NCBI GenBank assembly: GCA_963667785.2
Contig: CAXXMU010000001.1
Coordinates: forward strand, 416,001 to 480,000
Direction: 5' to 3'
DNA from: Alphaproteobacteria bacterium
Lineage (GTDB): Bacteria; Pseudomonadota; Alphaproteobacteria; UBA828
Length of the DNA: 64,000 nucleotides
Position numbers and translations under genes: made by a program
Shown here: in pieces, positions 36,342 to 45,853 of the stretch
How the letters are laid out: the number at the start of each line of letters is the position of its first letter
How positions within the stretch are numbered: the stretch's first letter is position 1
Notes under the pieces: model-generated
The model's input: only the letters and a program-made list of their open reading frames with translations
Told to the model about the DNA's origin: nothing
The model's database searches: none

Positions 36342-37529
36342 ATGGTCAACCGGATTCCACGCCTCACCAAGCGATCCGTCGACGCCATCAAGCCCGACGG
36401 CACCGATACCGTCTATTGGGACGGCGAGCTCACCGGCTTCGGGCTGCGGGTGCGCCAGTCCGGGCGGAAGGTCTACGTCGTGCAGACCCGAGTCGACGGG
36501 AAGCTTCGCTGGTACACCATCGGTGCGCCGGGGGTGATAAGCGCGGATGAGGCGCGGGCGAAAGCGCTGGAGGTCCTGGCCCTCGCCAAGAAGGGCATCG
36601 ATCCCCGTGACGCGGAGGCGAAGCGCGAGACCGAACCCACAGTGGTCGAGCTGGGACGGCGGTTTCTCGAGGAATATGTTCCGGACCACTGCAAGCCGAG
36701 CACCCAGCAGGAGTACCGCCGCTCGGTCAGGCTCTTCATCGATCCCGTGATCGGGGAGATGCGAGTCTCGGAGGTACAGCGCAAGGACATTGCCGCCCTG
36801 CACCACGGGCTCAGGGACAAGCCCTATCAGGCCAACCGGACGCTCGGGGTGCTCTCCAAGATGTTCAACATGTCGGAGATATGGGGCTGGCGGCAGGACG
36901 GCTCCAACCCGTGCCGGCATGTAAAGCGTTACAAGGAGCACCAGCGCGAGCGCTTCCTGTCCGAGGAGGAGGTCGCGCGCCTTGGCGAGGTCCTGCGCGA
37001 GGCCGAGGACGAGATGCCTTCGGCGGTCGCGGCGTTCCGGTTGCTGCTGCTGACGGGCTGCCGGATGTCGGAGATCAGGGACCTGCAATGGGAGCATGTG
37101 AAGGAGGATTGCATCGAGCTTCCCGACGCGAAGACCGGCGGGCGGGTGGTGCCGCTGGGGCCGGAGGCCCGCGCGGTGCTTTCAGCCATTCCCCGCGAGG
37201 ACGACAATCCCTGGGTCATCGCCGGCAAGCTCCCAGGCTCTCACCTCACCGACCTGCAGCGGCCGTGGCGGCGCATCCGCAAGCGGGCAGACCTTGAGGA
37301 CGTGCGCATTCACGACCTCAGGCACAGCTTTGCGAGCAGAGCGCTGGCGCTCGGCGAGAGCCTAACCATGATCGGCAAGCTCCTGGGCCACACTCAGGTT
37401 CAGACCACGGCCCGGTACGCCCACCTGGCTCGTGATTCCATGCAGAATGCCGCGTCCCGCATCACCGAGAGCATCAGCGGGAACCTGTTGGGCGACGAGA
37501 CCGAGAGTTTTCCGACAGCCTCCGGCTGA
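36342..37529 (+). CDS. int: Tyrosine integrase with an arm-DNA-binding domain
   Basis: WDGELTGFGLRV N-domain; TGCRMSE, KTG, HDLRHSFAS, LGH, RYAH catalytic residues intact. Confidence 0.96.
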   Translation: MVNRIPRLTKRSVDAIKPDGTDTVYWDGELTGFGLRVRQSGRKVYVVQTRVDGKLRWYTIGAPGVISADEARAKALEVLALAKKGIDPRDAEAKRETEPTVVELGRRFLEEYVPDHCKPSTQQEYRRSVRLFIDPVIGEMRVSEVQRKDIAALHHGLRDKPYQANRTLGVLSKMFNMSEIWGWRQDGSNPCRHVKRYKEHQRERFLSEEEVARLGEVLREAEDEMPSAVAAFRLLLLTGCRMSEIRDLQWEHVKEDCIELPDAKTGGRVVPLGPEARAVLSAIPREDDNPWVIAGKLPGSHLTDLQRPWRRIRKRADLEDVRIHDLRHSFASRALALGESLTMIGKLLGHTQVQTTARYAHLARDSMQNAASRITESISGNLLGDETESFPTASG

Positions 37530-37673
37530 CCTAACGGATCGATTTCAACAACGGTCCGTCCCACCACTGCCCCGCTTTACCTAGCGGATCACTCTGCGTC
37601 CCGCACCCATTGCCCCAACTGTCTGGAGATTACCCAATCTGTACACTGTGACCATGCTCTTGCACCGAAGAAA

Positions 37674-38291
37674 TCAGATACCCACAGCCATTCCACAGGG
37701 TTCGGGAAAGAAAGCCTGGTATGCAAGCATAGCCGCGATAATCATTATGCCTGCGTAGGCTAGCCATAATCCGTTTCTCAAGGCTTGGTAAGCTGTTTCA
37801 TTGCGTAGCTGACGAATGATATTCATAGTCTCCTGACAAGCGAGGGCTTCCGCGAGAATTTTCTGATCATTCTGACTTTGCAACAAGAACCTAGTCCCAT
37901 AACCATAGGTTGGGAGCGTACGAAGCGCACCCAGCGCCACAAAACCCGCCGCCAGAACATACAGCACCCCACATCCGATCACTACTATCGATATAGTCTG
38001 GATAGTATCCGACGATATGAGGTTGGTAAGAAAGGCTGCCGTTAGACCCAACACCGTTAGCCCAACTGACAAAGACAAAGTCAACTTAAATGTTTTTTCA
38101 TCCATACTAGAAGCGCGCTGATGCTCATCGCTGAGGCGTTGTTGGAGCCCAGATACAGAAATGGTCTCATAGTCGGCGAACTGCGGTTCTTGTAGGAGGT
38201 TCTCTGAGAAGCACTGTTTTTTCTTGCGTCGCGCACGTACCACATAATACCCGAAGGGGAAGATTTCTTCGGTAATGCGAGAAATACACAT
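37674..38291 (-). CDS. 3-TM membrane protein, effector-like
   Basis: R..MDEK followed by two TMs, a soluble linker, a helix and a third TM; starts 9 bp after the ATP-grasp gene. Confidence 0.75.
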   Translation of the reverse strand: MCISRITEEIFPFGYYVVRARRKKKQCFSENLLQEPQFADYETISVSGLQQRLSDEHQRASSMDEKTFKLTLSLSVGLTVLGLTAAFLTNLISSDTIQTISIVVIGCGVLYVLAAGFVALGALRTLPTYGYGTRFLLQSQNDQKILAEALACQETMNIIRQLRNETAYQALRNGLWLAYAGIMIIAAMLAYQAFFPEPCGMAVGI

Positions 38292-38300
38292 CCAACTTTC

Positions 38301-39257
38301 CTACTGGTTGTCCTTGGGTGGATTCTGCAACCAAGATGCTATTGCAGAGTCCATCGGGCGATCACAGGTTGACAACCAGCCCCATTCTCCGGTGGGATTA
38401 ATCTCAATGAAAAAGATACCGTTGGGTGTTTCGATTAGATCAATAGCGCCAAAGGATAGACCGAGCTGACGCACCAGTAATCGGCATCGACTGGTCATGT
38501 CATCGCTCAACTCCACATCACGATATTCAAGCTCAGATTTTGGAAGTACGCGCCAATCACCTGATACCCCATTGCCGCCTGATAGTATCTGGACAGCAAA
38601 AACCTCTTCACCGATGACCGTAACTCTTAGATCTATCTTATCTTCCAAAGCGTGTTGTGCGAGAAACGGCACCGCTCTAATGGCCTCCTCGGTCAAATCA
38701 TCACAAGAGCTTATTGTCGTGTAAGTGAATAAACAATCGTCACCATCCCGCAGTAGAACGGTATCCAAAGACTTCACCACCAGTGGCCCTGGAAATGTCC
38801 GCCGAATACGCGTAGCGTCGTTAGTGGCAAGTGTTGTTGGAACTCTAAAGCCACAACTTTTGGCTACACTAAGCTGATATGGCTTTGACTCCGCGATATA
38901 CGTGGCAGTTGGTGAGTTCATCCACGTCGCGTCACGAAAGACGCAGAGGCCTCGAAGAAACGCAGTCCATTGAGACCGCTCAAGCTGCTGCTGTGGACAA
39001 AGCGGCTCAGAGGGGGTGTTACGCAGAAAGACGGGCTGACGAAACCAAACGGAACTGAGATCCTGACCGACGACATGGGTCCCGGCCGGACCACGCATAG
39101 TCAACTCGGGAACGAGAGGATCGAGAGTGAGGTGATAATCCGCTAGCTGCTCACGGTTTAGGCGAACATAGGGGACGCCAGCTTTTTGCAGTCGCAGGGT
39201 AACTAAATCTGTGGAAAAGTCATACAGCCCAGCAAGGATAAGAACGCGTGTTGTCAT
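38301..39257 (-). CDS. ATP-grasp ligase, MvdC/MvdD (graspetide) type
   Basis: VWFRQP, WMNSP, AESKPYQL..A...GF.VPTTL.TN, VVKSL, DLRVTVIG, DWR, FGAIDLI, FIEINPTGEWGWL. Confidence 0.9.
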   Translation of the reverse strand: MTTRVLILAGLYDFSTDLVTLRLQKAGVPYVRLNREQLADYHLTLDPLVPELTMRGPAGTHVVGQDLSSVWFRQPVFLRNTPSEPLCPQQQLERSQWTAFLRGLCVFRDATWMNSPTATYIAESKPYQLSVAKSCGFRVPTTLATNDATRIRRTFPGPLVVKSLDTVLLRDGDDCLFTYTTISSCDDLTEEAIRAVPFLAQHALEDKIDLRVTVIGEEVFAVQILSGGNGVSGDWRVLPKSELEYRDVELSDDMTSRCRLLVRQLGLSFGAIDLIETPNGIFFIEINPTGEWGWLSTCDRPMDSAIASWLQNPPKDNQ

Positions 39258-39460
39258 TCGCCTTTCTGATCTTCGCCTGTTTCTTGATCACACTTCTTGG
39301 TGGTGGGTCCGCCATTGGCAAACTCGTCCACCGTAACGATCGGTACGCCATCCTGTAGCCAATAGCCTCGGGCGGCATCATATTGAGCACCAGACGGCAA
39401 TTCAGGTGTCATGCGATAGGGCCGACGGGTCGCGAAGGTCATCAGTACATGCTCAGCCAT
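39254..39460 (-). CDS. Putative ATP-grasp-modified precursor peptide (68 aa)
   Basis: C-terminal core TTKKCDQETGEDQKGE with Thr/Lys donors and Asp/Glu acceptors; stop overlaps the ligase start (ATGA). Confidence 0.82.
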   Translation of the reverse strand: MAEHVLMTFATRRPYRMTPELPSGAQYDAARGYWLQDGVPIVTVDEFANGGPTTKKCDQETGEDQKGE

Positions 39461-39952
39461 ATTCTTTGTCCCGTTTGTGGTGCTTCTCGTATGCTTGGGC
39501 CATCCCTCCCACCCGATATATGGCGTGAGGTGGGCTCGTGGCGTAGACCAGAGGAGCCGCCGAGTCAACCTCGGTTCCGACCGGATCCGTCCGCAACGCA
39601 GACGAGGTCGGTGCCTACCGGCTCCGGCTGAACGACGGTAAACATCAGCCCCATTTTGCGCTCTAAGGTCGTCTCGAACGCGTCGGCATGCTCCTGCATC
39701 GCACTGTGCGTCCCCATAATCGTCCAGCGCTCGAACAAGTAGCCACTCGCGAGACCAAATCGCGTGAACGGGCTGGGAGGTGGCAAAGAATATGGTCTTT
39801 GCTCTCCAGAGTCGTAGAAAACCATATTAAACGTGTTTCTTGCCACCGGTTCGGCGAAATAGGTAGCGCGCAAGCCGTTTCACCATTGAAGGACTAAGTG
39901 TCATGTCATATATGGTTATCATAGACTTTCAACAAGTCTCCAACAAAGCGCC

Positions 39953-40762
39953 ATGTCCAGGCTCATATCAGCGCCGTTCTTCAGTGCGCACCCTGTCTTC
40001 CGCCGCGCCGAATACGCCGCCGCCGTCGGCCGCGAGTCGGGCGACAAGGTCGTCACGGCGATGCTGGGCCAGCATCTCAAAGCAGGCAACATCCGACGCA
40101 TCGCCCGCCAGGTCTTTGCGTCCGTCCCCAAGCACGCCGACGCGCGAACGTGGTCCGTTGACCGCTTCCTGGCAGCCTCGCGGCTGCGCCTGGGTGGCGT
40201 GATCGCCTATCACTCGGCCCTGGAGCTGCACGGCTATGCCTATTCCGAGGGGTACGACGTGCAGGTCATCGCCCCCGGTGAACCGCGCATGTTCGAGGCC
40301 AACGGCCTTACCTGCCGGTTCGTCAGGCCGCCTCGGGGCTTCACCGGACCGAACGGAGCAGCGACGGACGGCGTGACAGCGGTCGATCGCCTGGGACTGG
40401 ATGTCAAGGTGACGACGCTCGAGCGCACGATCACGGACCTGTTCGACCGTCACGATCTTGCCGGAGGCGCAGAGGAGCTGTTCAACTCGCTTGATTTGGT
40501 GGCGCGCGTCGACGCCGGAGCGTTGGTTCGGCATGCGCGCGCGCGCGGCAACGCCGCGGCTGCCGGCGCACTCGGTTTCTGGCTGGAGCACGAACAAGAG
40601 AGGCTGGGCGTGCCGCAACGTGCCCTCGCAGATCTCCGGGCGCTGGCGCCCCCCAGGCCACGATATGCGCTGGGTGCCAAACCTGGATCGGCAAGGACGA
40701 CCGGGCATTGGAACGTCATCCTTCCTGTCGACGTCGCCGAACGCCGGTTCGAGGGGCTGTGA
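39953..40762 (+). CDS. abiEi: AbiEi-type antitoxin/transcriptional regulator
   Basis: N-terminal wHTH, IAYHSALELHG, VTTLERTITD; directly upstream of abiEii. Confidence 0.85.
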   Translation: MSRLISAPFFSAHPVFRRAEYAAAVGRESGDKVVTAMLGQHLKAGNIRRIARQVFASVPKHADARTWSVDRFLAASRLRLGGVIAYHSALELHGYAYSEGYDVQVIAPGEPRMFEANGLTCRFVRPPRGFTGPNGAATDGVTAVDRLGLDVKVTTLERTITDLFDRHDLAGGAEELFNSLDLVARVDAGALVRHARARGNAAAAGALGFWLEHEQERLGVPQRALADLRALAPPRPRYALGAKPGSARTTGHWNVILPVDVAERRFEGL

Positions 40763-41740
40763 ATGGCGCCGCCCACCGTACAGACATTGCAGCGCCTCGC
40801 CGGCGAAACCGGATACCAGCCGGACACGCTGGAAAAGGTGCTGCGGCTCCTGGACCTGCTGGATGAGATTGCCGGAGACCCGTTGCTGTCCGAACGCCTC
40901 GTCCTCAAGGGCGGAACGGCGCTCAATGTCTTCCACCTCAATCTCGACCGGCTCTCGGTGGACATCGATCTGAACTACATCGGCGCGCTCGACCTGACGA
41001 CGATGGCAAGCGAACGGCCTCACGTCGATGCCGCGATCGACCGGCTCCTCACCTCACAGGGCTACGCCGTCCGGCGCCGCCCCACCGAGCACGCCGGCGG
41101 CAAATGGCTGTCGCGCTATGCTTCCGCTCTCGGTGGCAACGCCTCCCTAGAGTTGGATGTGAACTACATGGCGCGCCAGCCCTTGTTCGGCGCAGCCCGC
41201 ATGGAGTCCCGTCTCTTCGGCGAGCTTCGGACGAGCCGCGTTTTCGTCCTCGATCTCCATGAGATCGTCGCCGGAAAGATCGTGGCGCTCTTCGACCGGC
41301 ACGCCGCACGCGACTTGTTCGACGTGCGCCGCATCCTATCAATCGAGGGGATCAACTGGGGCTGGATCAAGGCCGCAGTCCTGGCCATCGGCGTTTGCAA
41401 CCGCCGTGATTGGCGAATGGTGTCAACCGACGCCATTGCGTGCGACCCGCGCGAGTTTCGTCGGAACCTCGCCGTCTGCCTTCCGCGTGGCTCCCTTGCC
41501 GACGGCAAGGATATCGACACGTGGATCGAGCACACCGCGGCACTTTGCCGCGAAAGGCTCACATTCCTGTTCGATCTCTCGGCCGATGAACGGAAGTTTC
41601 TCGATGATGTCCTCGACCGGGGCAAGGTCGAAGCCGATCTTCTCGACGTCGAACCTGAAATTCGGACGCGAATCCGCGCCATGCCCATGCTCGCGTGGAA
41701 ATCTGAGCACGTTCGAAGGCATCATGGTCTCAACCCGTAG
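40763..41740 (+). CDS. abiEii: AbiEii nucleotidyltransferase toxin
   Basis: LEKV, LKGGTALN, RLSVDIDL, K..AL..R..ARDLFD. Confidence 0.92.
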   Translation: MAPPTVQTLQRLAGETGYQPDTLEKVLRLLDLLDEIAGDPLLSERLVLKGGTALNVFHLNLDRLSVDIDLNYIGALDLTTMASERPHVDAAIDRLLTSQGYAVRRRPTEHAGGKWLSRYASALGGNASLELDVNYMARQPLFGAARMESRLFGELRTSRVFVLDLHEIVAGKIVALFDRHAARDLFDVRRILSIEGINWGWIKAAVLAIGVCNRRDWRMVSTDAIACDPREFRRNLAVCLPRGSLADGKDIDTWIEHTAALCRERLTFLFDLSADERKFLDDVLDRGKVEADLLDVEPEIRTRIRAMPMLAWKSEHVRRHHGLNP

Positions 41741-41912
41741 AAATTTGACATTGGGAAGATCGTCACAGATGCTTGTCCCGCTAGGCTCAGTAATGCTCTC
41801 AAATGGAGCGAGGCATGAGAATTTCACAAATATTATCAAGTGGTTTTACCATCACCCAAGATTTCAGAGACCGTGTATGGTTTGTGATGTTTGAAATCGC
41901 CAATTTACGCAC

Positions 41913-42512
41913 CTATTTTAATCGGTACTCATAGGATACTTTTCTAACCTTACCCGCCTTGTGATCTTCGATTAGTTGAGCCATGACGCATCTTGCCGCC
42001 TCAACGCCATATTGCTCATTATATCGGTATGCTTGATTAAGCATAGTAAGCCAATCCTCGCCGGATACACCATCTGGTCGAGCAAATCCTAACTCTCCTA
42101 ATCTACGCAGTGTTATTGCAAAGTCGGCACCTAATTGTATACCTTCGTGGTGTCCTAGTTCATCCGGTGTATCTAGTCGCTCCAAAAGATGTTTCGTACC
42201 ATCCCGTAACAACCTTAATATTAAGTCTTGCACTTCATTGCTTTGTCGAGACAAAAGCTCAGCTTTCTTACGTCTGCGGCGTTTCCTAAATTCAACACAC
42301 CAGATAAAATATGGCCAACTAAAATACAAAAAACTACCAATTCCAATAATAATCAAACCAACGTAGATGGATTGGACGTCTATAATCGCCTCAAACAGTT
42401 CTTTGGCTTTTTCCGAAGGACCGGAAAAAAACTGTTGGGTAACGGCTCCAATCCATCCCACACTTACTATGCTGCCCGCCGCGCGAGCCGCATTCTTTCC
42501 CTTCGTGTCCAT
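41913..42512 (-). CDS. Hypothetical membrane protein, AT-rich
   Basis: 199-aa ORF with N-terminal TMs followed by a basic stretch. Confidence 0.65.
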   Translation of the reverse strand: MDTKGKNAARAAGSIVSVGWIGAVTQQFFSGPSEKAKELFEAIIDVQSIYVGLIIIGIGSFLYFSWPYFIWCVEFRKRRRRKKAELLSRQSNEVQDLILRLLRDGTKHLLERLDTPDELGHHEGIQLGADFAITLRRLGELGFARPDGVSGEDWLTMLNQAYRYNEQYGVEAARCVMAQLIEDHKAGKVRKVSYEYRLK

Positions 42513-42714
42513 ACATGAATATTACATTTTTTGTCCAAAATTGCAATAACTCTCTATTTCAGACTCTGTAGAAACTTTGTTCCCGAATCGTTAGCGAATG
42601 GTAGTGGTTCATTGGAGCGGCTCGGATCCTCGAAACATAGGCGGAAGAGTCGGATTCTCTCACCATTACTATGTGCTTTCTATTAGAGATCTATGTTGAA
42701 TTCAGCATAAGACA

Positions 42715-43320
42715 TTCGCTCCGATTCTGTCGGCGACGCGCGCCGACGACGCCTTGATCGAATCGCGCGCCAGACGCGTTTAGCGCGGGGTCGTGTCGAT
42801 CTCGCTGTGTCCGAGCAGCTTGCCGATCACCGGCAGAGACTCCTCGAGCGCCAGGGCGCGGGACGCGAAGGAGTGGCGAAGGTCGTGAAGCCGGACGTCC
42901 CCCCTGTCCAGTCCTAGTGCGGACGGTCTGCCAAACATGGTCGAGGCCGCCGCCGCTGTAGCGCCCGTGCTGGTCGTTGCCGGAGAACACCCAGGGGCTG
43001 CCCTTGCGCCGCGGCATCGCTTCGAGCAGGCGCACCGCCATCGGTGGCAGGTGGGCCGTGCGCGGTCAGGCCTTGGCGTCCGCGAGGCGGAACTCGCCGG
43101 CGTCCAGATCGACGTGGGCCCAGCGCAGGGTGAAAATTTCGCTCTTACGGCAGCCGGTCAGCATCAGCAGGCAGATAGCCGCCACGGCCTTGGGCGACGC
43201 GACGCCGTCCGCGGTGGCCCGGTCCAGCACCTGTCCCAGCCGAGTGACCTCGGCATCGGTCAGGAAGCGCTCGCGCGACCGCTCCGGGTACTTCACGACC
43301 GATCGGCAGGGATTGTTCAG
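42715..43320 (-). pseudogene. Degraded tyrosine integrase (catalytic half)
   Basis: RERFLT...LTGCRKSE...DAK*, then in other frames PWVF and LHDLRHSFASRALAL..SL..IGKLLGH; paralogous to the intact integrase. Confidence 0.88.
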
Positions 43321-43378
43321 GTCGACGGCTTAGAGAGGAGGGATCGGTTTCTCCGTAGCTCTCGCGATCTGCGGCTCA

Positions 43379-44902
43379 TCAAACAACGTCACCGTTCCAA
43401 ACCAGCGGCTCGCTCGTTTCCGAGTCCATAACGCCGTCCAGAATTGGCGGAGACGCCGGGTCCGCCTTCGCATGATCGAGTTGACGTTGTGTCAAGCCGC
43501 GAGCCGGAGATGCAGAATCATTCATCCAATCGCGCGAGAAGTCGGTCCCGCTCAAGATGGCATCGACTAGATTCGCGTCGGTCAGATCTGCGTTACCCAG
43601 ATTTGCGCCTGCCAAATTCGCCTTGGTCAGCTCGGCCCTGTTCAGGTCCGCACCTGCCCCCCCGAGGTTGGCGTTACTCAAATCGACTCCGCCCAGCTTT
43701 GCATCTTTCAAACTTGCCGCCCTGAGATCCGCTCCGCTCAAGTTCGCACCGCCGAGATGAGCAGCATCGAGCTTGGCGCCCCCCATCGATGCCCCACGCA
43801 TGTCCGCACCGCCCAACTCCGCTCCTCGCAGATCCGCTCCTTCCAATTGAACTCCCACCAATCTCGACGGGAACAGGCTTCCCTTCCAAAGATTCTGTCC
43901 CACTCGGTCAACAAGGCCCAGATTGGCATCTCGCAGATCAGCCCCGATCAGTCTGGCGGCAGACAGGTTCGCCCTCCTCATGTCGGCGCCACGGAAATTG
44001 GCGCCAGGCATATTCGCGGCCGACAAATCTGCGCCCGGGAGAACGGCGTTGGCCAAACAGGCTTGCCAGCCCCGTACACGACGCAGATCCGCCATTGTGA
44101 AGTCGAAGTTCGAGAAGTTCGCACCGTGGAAGACAAGACCGGGCAGGCAGGCATCGGTGAGATTCATCCTGAACGTTTCCTCGCTCTCCAAGGCGATCTG
44201 TGCTTCGCTCCGCTGAGCAATCTGAGTCATGACCGTCTCGATGTCTTTTGCCAGCTCAGGGACCGGTCCGACTTTCCGATCGGCGACGAAGAACGGACCG
44301 TAATGCTCTGCCGGCGCTGACTCGAACCATGGAGCATCCTTTCGGCCTGCTTCCTCTTCATCAATTTCAGCATCGTCCGTATCCGGTTCGCGATGTTCTT
44401 CGTCTCCGGGCGTTTCTGACTCTTCCGGCGGCTCGACGCGCTCCACTGCGTCTCCTCTTGTCCGGTCTACAACAAACGCCGAAAAGAGCTGCATGACCGG
44501 CATATGGAAACTGGCCGGATACTCGCTCGCGAGGCGGGCCAGAGCGTGGATACCACCGATGCGGACCGATCCGATATCAGCATTGCCCAGCATTTCAGCG
44601 CCCTTCTGAAACCGGTCATTCAATAGCATCTGCACCGTGGTATCCGATTGGCGGCGCGCAGCATCCGCTTGACGTTCGGCCACAGTGCTACGCCACATCG
44701 CAAGCGGAAGGCCGATCGCAGCCGCGAGCATCAAGCCGAGGTTTCGAAGCGTTGTGCTGGCCGATTCTCCGCCGGTCAGCCACGCCGGACAGGCAACCCA
44801 GGCGGCGCCCGCTGCGACGACCAAAATCACCGTCCACGCTACGATCCACCACGGCAACGGAATCCGGCTGCAGAAGCGGCGCATCTGTCTCAATCGGGTC
44901 AT
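43379..44902 (-). CDS. Pentapeptide repeat membrane protein
   Basis: Two N-terminal TMs, RIGGIHALARLA, many A(D/N)Lxx repeats, GLTQRQLD. Confidence 0.92.
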   Translation of the reverse strand: MTRLRQMRRFCSRIPLPWWIVAWTVILVVAAGAAWVACPAWLTGGESASTTLRNLGLMLAAAIGLPLAMWRSTVAERQADAARRQSDTTVQMLLNDRFQKGAEMLGNADIGSVRIGGIHALARLASEYPASFHMPVMQLFSAFVVDRTRGDAVERVEPPEESETPGDEEHREPDTDDAEIDEEEAGRKDAPWFESAPAEHYGPFFVADRKVGPVPELAKDIETVMTQIAQRSEAQIALESEETFRMNLTDACLPGLVFHGANFSNFDFTMADLRRVRGWQACLANAVLPGADLSAANMPGANFRGADMRRANLSAARLIGADLRDANLGLVDRVGQNLWKGSLFPSRLVGVQLEGADLRGAELGGADMRGASMGGAKLDAAHLGGANLSGADLRAASLKDAKLGGVDLSNANLGGAGADLNRAELTKANLAGANLGNADLTDANLVDAILSGTDFSRDWMNDSASPARGLTQRQLDHAKADPASPPILDGVMDSETSEPLVWNGDVV

Positions 44903-45651
44903 GACTCCGCTTCCCTCGTGGCCTCGTGCAGGATCGACGCCCGCCGCTTCGCGTCCGCCTCGCCACATGCACAGCATCGCCGGACGCTCACTTGCTCATC
45001 CATAATACAAGCGTGTCCGGCTCCAAACCCGCGGCTCGCAGTTCTGCGAACGACATTGCCGGCTCACGCTCGTCGCTTCGCGACGTCGCCCTCTTCGGTT
45101 TCGCCGTCCAAGGTGAAGAGCGACGCCACTGGCGCCATCGTCAAGCACACTGCCACATCGCTTCTGTCCTCATTGAGCACTTCGCGCTCAACGCGTCCTC
45201 CCACCCTCCCGCCCTCCCATACCCATGATGGTGCTGACACTTACGTCGTCCATCCCGCTGCGACGTCCCGTCAGCCCTCGCGCCGCTCATGCGCCCGACA
45301 TCGTCTCCTCGTCTTGCTCGATCATGCGCTCTCCAAAGCCACCGCGCTCGCCTTCGAGGCTCAGCCGCAAGCGGATTCCGCTTCACTGGATCCTTCCTCG
45401 TCGCCTCCGCTCCGATGCCCGCCATGATGGACGGCTTCGCCACCGGAATCGGAGCCCCTGCGACAAGAATCGTCACCTGATTCGCTCCGATCATCGAATT
45501 TTTTCGCCATGCGCACGCCCAGACACGCCGGTACATCTGGTGATCACTCGCCACGGAGGCCCCACATATGGTGTTTGCAGCGAGGACTGTGCTATGCAGA
45601 CAGCATGCGCTCCGGGACAACACATCGAGGAAAATGTGGCTCTTCACACCT

Positions 45652-45677
45652 CTGCACTAAAGTGCGTGGTGCCGGTA
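45652..45677 (+). other. Candidate MOBF oriT/nic region
   Basis: GCAC-TAAA-GTGC hairpin running into TGCGTGGTG, ~180 bp upstream of the relaxase; resembles the R388/F nic layout. Confidence 0.5.
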
Positions 45678-45853
45678 TGTATCGCCCGTTGTATTGGCGG
45701 TTCCGGGACGCTCCGTTCCGCAGATCCGGGTAACGATCTGACGCTAATGGGGAATTCTGCCTCAGTAACCTTCGGCGACTGTCCGACCTCTGGCCGGACG
45801 CCGGCGCCGGGCCGCAGCGCGGCCATCGGGCCGGCTTCTCTGCGGGCCTCACC

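Noticed and set aside
39565-39873. 102-aa ORF upstream of the precursor peptide as a fourth cassette gene
   Set aside because: Weak start and no recognisable motif; cannot be supported
43500-44160. Periodic DNA repeats
   Set aside because: Explained by pentapeptide-repeat coding sequence
44980-45640. Overlapping ORFs upstream of the relaxase as mob accessory genes
   Set aside because: No convincing RHH or MobC pattern; composition looks non-coding or degraded
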